DNA of 64,000 nucleotides from Opitutales bacterium (GTDB lineage Bacteria; Verrucomicrobiota; Verrucomicrobiia; Opitutales; UBA2987): NCBI GenBank assembly GCA_965226885.1, contig CBDDEL010000011.1, positions 192,001 to 256,000 of the forward strand, read 5' to 3'. Shown piece by piece: positions 62,535 to 64,000 of this stretch (position 1 is its first letter; each line of letters starts with the position of its first letter). The notes under the pieces were generated by a model. It saw only the letters and a program-made list of their open reading frames with translations, ran no database searches and was not told where the DNA came from. The position numbers and the translations under genes were made by a program.

Positions 62535-64000
62535 CCCGGAAATTTCATAAAAAAAGTATCGCTGATATGCTTATCTGCTGATATACAGCAGGATAGATTA
62601 AACATTAAAGCAATATCAGCGATGACAAAAAGTAAACAATTAGAACTACAGTTGACAAGGGTAAAAGGCCGCCGTGTGCGGGTTGATTTTAAGGGCGGTG
62701 AGGTTACTTCGGATGCCGGGCTGCTTTTGATCCGGGAAGTGGATCGGCGGTTGGGCTTGACCGAGCAAGCGGCCCGGCAATTAGTAGACAAACGGCAGAA
62801 GGGCAAAGTGCGCCATGAGATGCTGGCCATGATCCGGCAGCGCGTTTACGGGCTGGTGGCGGGCTATGAGGATTTGAACGACTTTGACACCCTGCGCCGC
62901 GATCCTTTGTTGCAAACGGTAACGGGGCGCACTGAAGCGTTGGCCAGCGCGCCGACTTTGTGTCGTTTTGAAAACGGGCAGGATCGGCGGGCAGCCTTTG
63001 CCCTGAACGAGTTGCTGGTCGAACAGTTCATGGGATCCTTTGCCGAGGAACCCGAAGAGATCATCCTGGACTTTGACGCCACCGACAATCCGGTGCACGG
63101 GCTCCAGGAGGGACGTTTTTTCCACGGTTATTATGATCATTACTGTTTTTTGCCGCTGTATGTTTTTTGCGGCGATCAGCTTCTGGTGGCCTACCTGCGG
63201 CCCAGCAAGATCGATGCGAGCAAGCATGCCGGGGCCATCCTCAAATTGCTGGTTAAACGGATTCGCCAAAGCTGGCCCCATACGCGGATTATTTGGCGTG
63301 CCGACAGCGGATTCTGCCGGGATCGGATTCTCTCGTGGTGCGAGCGCAACGAGGTTTATTTTATAGTGGGAACGGCCCGCCATGCACGCTTGCAGCAAGC
63401 GGCCCGGCAGTTGCAGGAGCAAGCCAAACAATGGTTCGAGGGTAGCGGCAAAAAGCAACGGCTGTTTCAGCACTTCGAGTATGGGGCAAAATCGTGGCGG
63501 CGCCAACGCCTTATCATCCACAAAGCCGAACACACCGCACAGGGGTCCAACCCGCGCTTCGTGGTGACGAACCTGCAGGGCGATCCCCAAGAGCTTTACG
63601 ACAAAGTATACTGTGGCCGCGGTGAGATGGAGAACCGGATCAAGGAACAGATGCAATTGTTCAGCGAACGCACCAGCGCGCATAAATGGTGGGCCAACCA
63701 GTGGCGATTGCTCTTGTCGGGGCTGGCCTACACCTTGATGGAAGCCTTGCGCCGGTTCGCATTAAAAGGGACGAAGTGGGCGCGGCTCCAATGCCACAGT
63801 CTACGGCTAAAATTAATCAAGATCGGAGCGGTAATCGTGCGCAACACCCGAACGATTCACTTTCATCTAAGTGAAAGTTATCCATGGGCCAGTCTTTTCA
63901 ACCATGCGGCCCGCCGGTTGGTGCCAACCTAAAGGGCGCATTGGCGCTGCCCCCGGCGCTACCGAACCAATGGGGGAAAGGGGGAAGTGTCTCTACACCC
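62535..64000 (+). mobile_element. IS1380 copy 6, divergent isoform (transposase 62622-63932); right end beyond window
   Basis: Left IR CCCGGAAATTTCATAA after CTAG; intact 436-aa ORF with many substitutions versus copy 3. Confidence 0.95.

Noticed and set aside
1..64000. Retron, DGR, TnpB/IscB or anti-phage defence system
   Set aside because: No reverse transcriptase, RuvC/HNH nuclease or recognisable defence gene motifs in the ORFs.

Overview
Bacterial chromosomal window, most likely Verrucomicrobiota/Opitutales (inferred from gene content, not tested). Intact housekeeping blocks (pyrF, hemW, fabD-lepA-lepB, pyrH-frr-proB-UvrD-type helicase, tRNA-Gln, glycerate kinase, NamZ-like, Fpg/Nei) sit within a heavy insertion-sequence bloom. 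I count 15 IS copies or fragments of 6 types (IS1380 x6, two IS3-family types, two IS1-family types, an ISNCY/IS5-like type), about 17.4 kb or 27% of the window. About nine host genes are broken, including both Exonuclease VII subunits. Four signals stand out. (1) At least 9 perfect 8-34 bp tandem duplications with 0-1 nt junction microhomology, several demonstrably younger than the IS copies they sit in. (2) A 36-aa-repeat helical protein, frameshifted by one of these duplications, translationally coupled to a GAF-GAF-PAS class III cyclase-TPR gene. (3) A hidden Rhs-toxin remnant plus a putative immunity lipoprotein gene, visible only after removing three IS insertions. (4) Repeated IS-into-IS nesting, including one hotspot hit by two IS families. 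No CRISPR array, rRNA, integrase or reverse transcriptase was seen. All functional calls rest on motif recognition; no database search was run.
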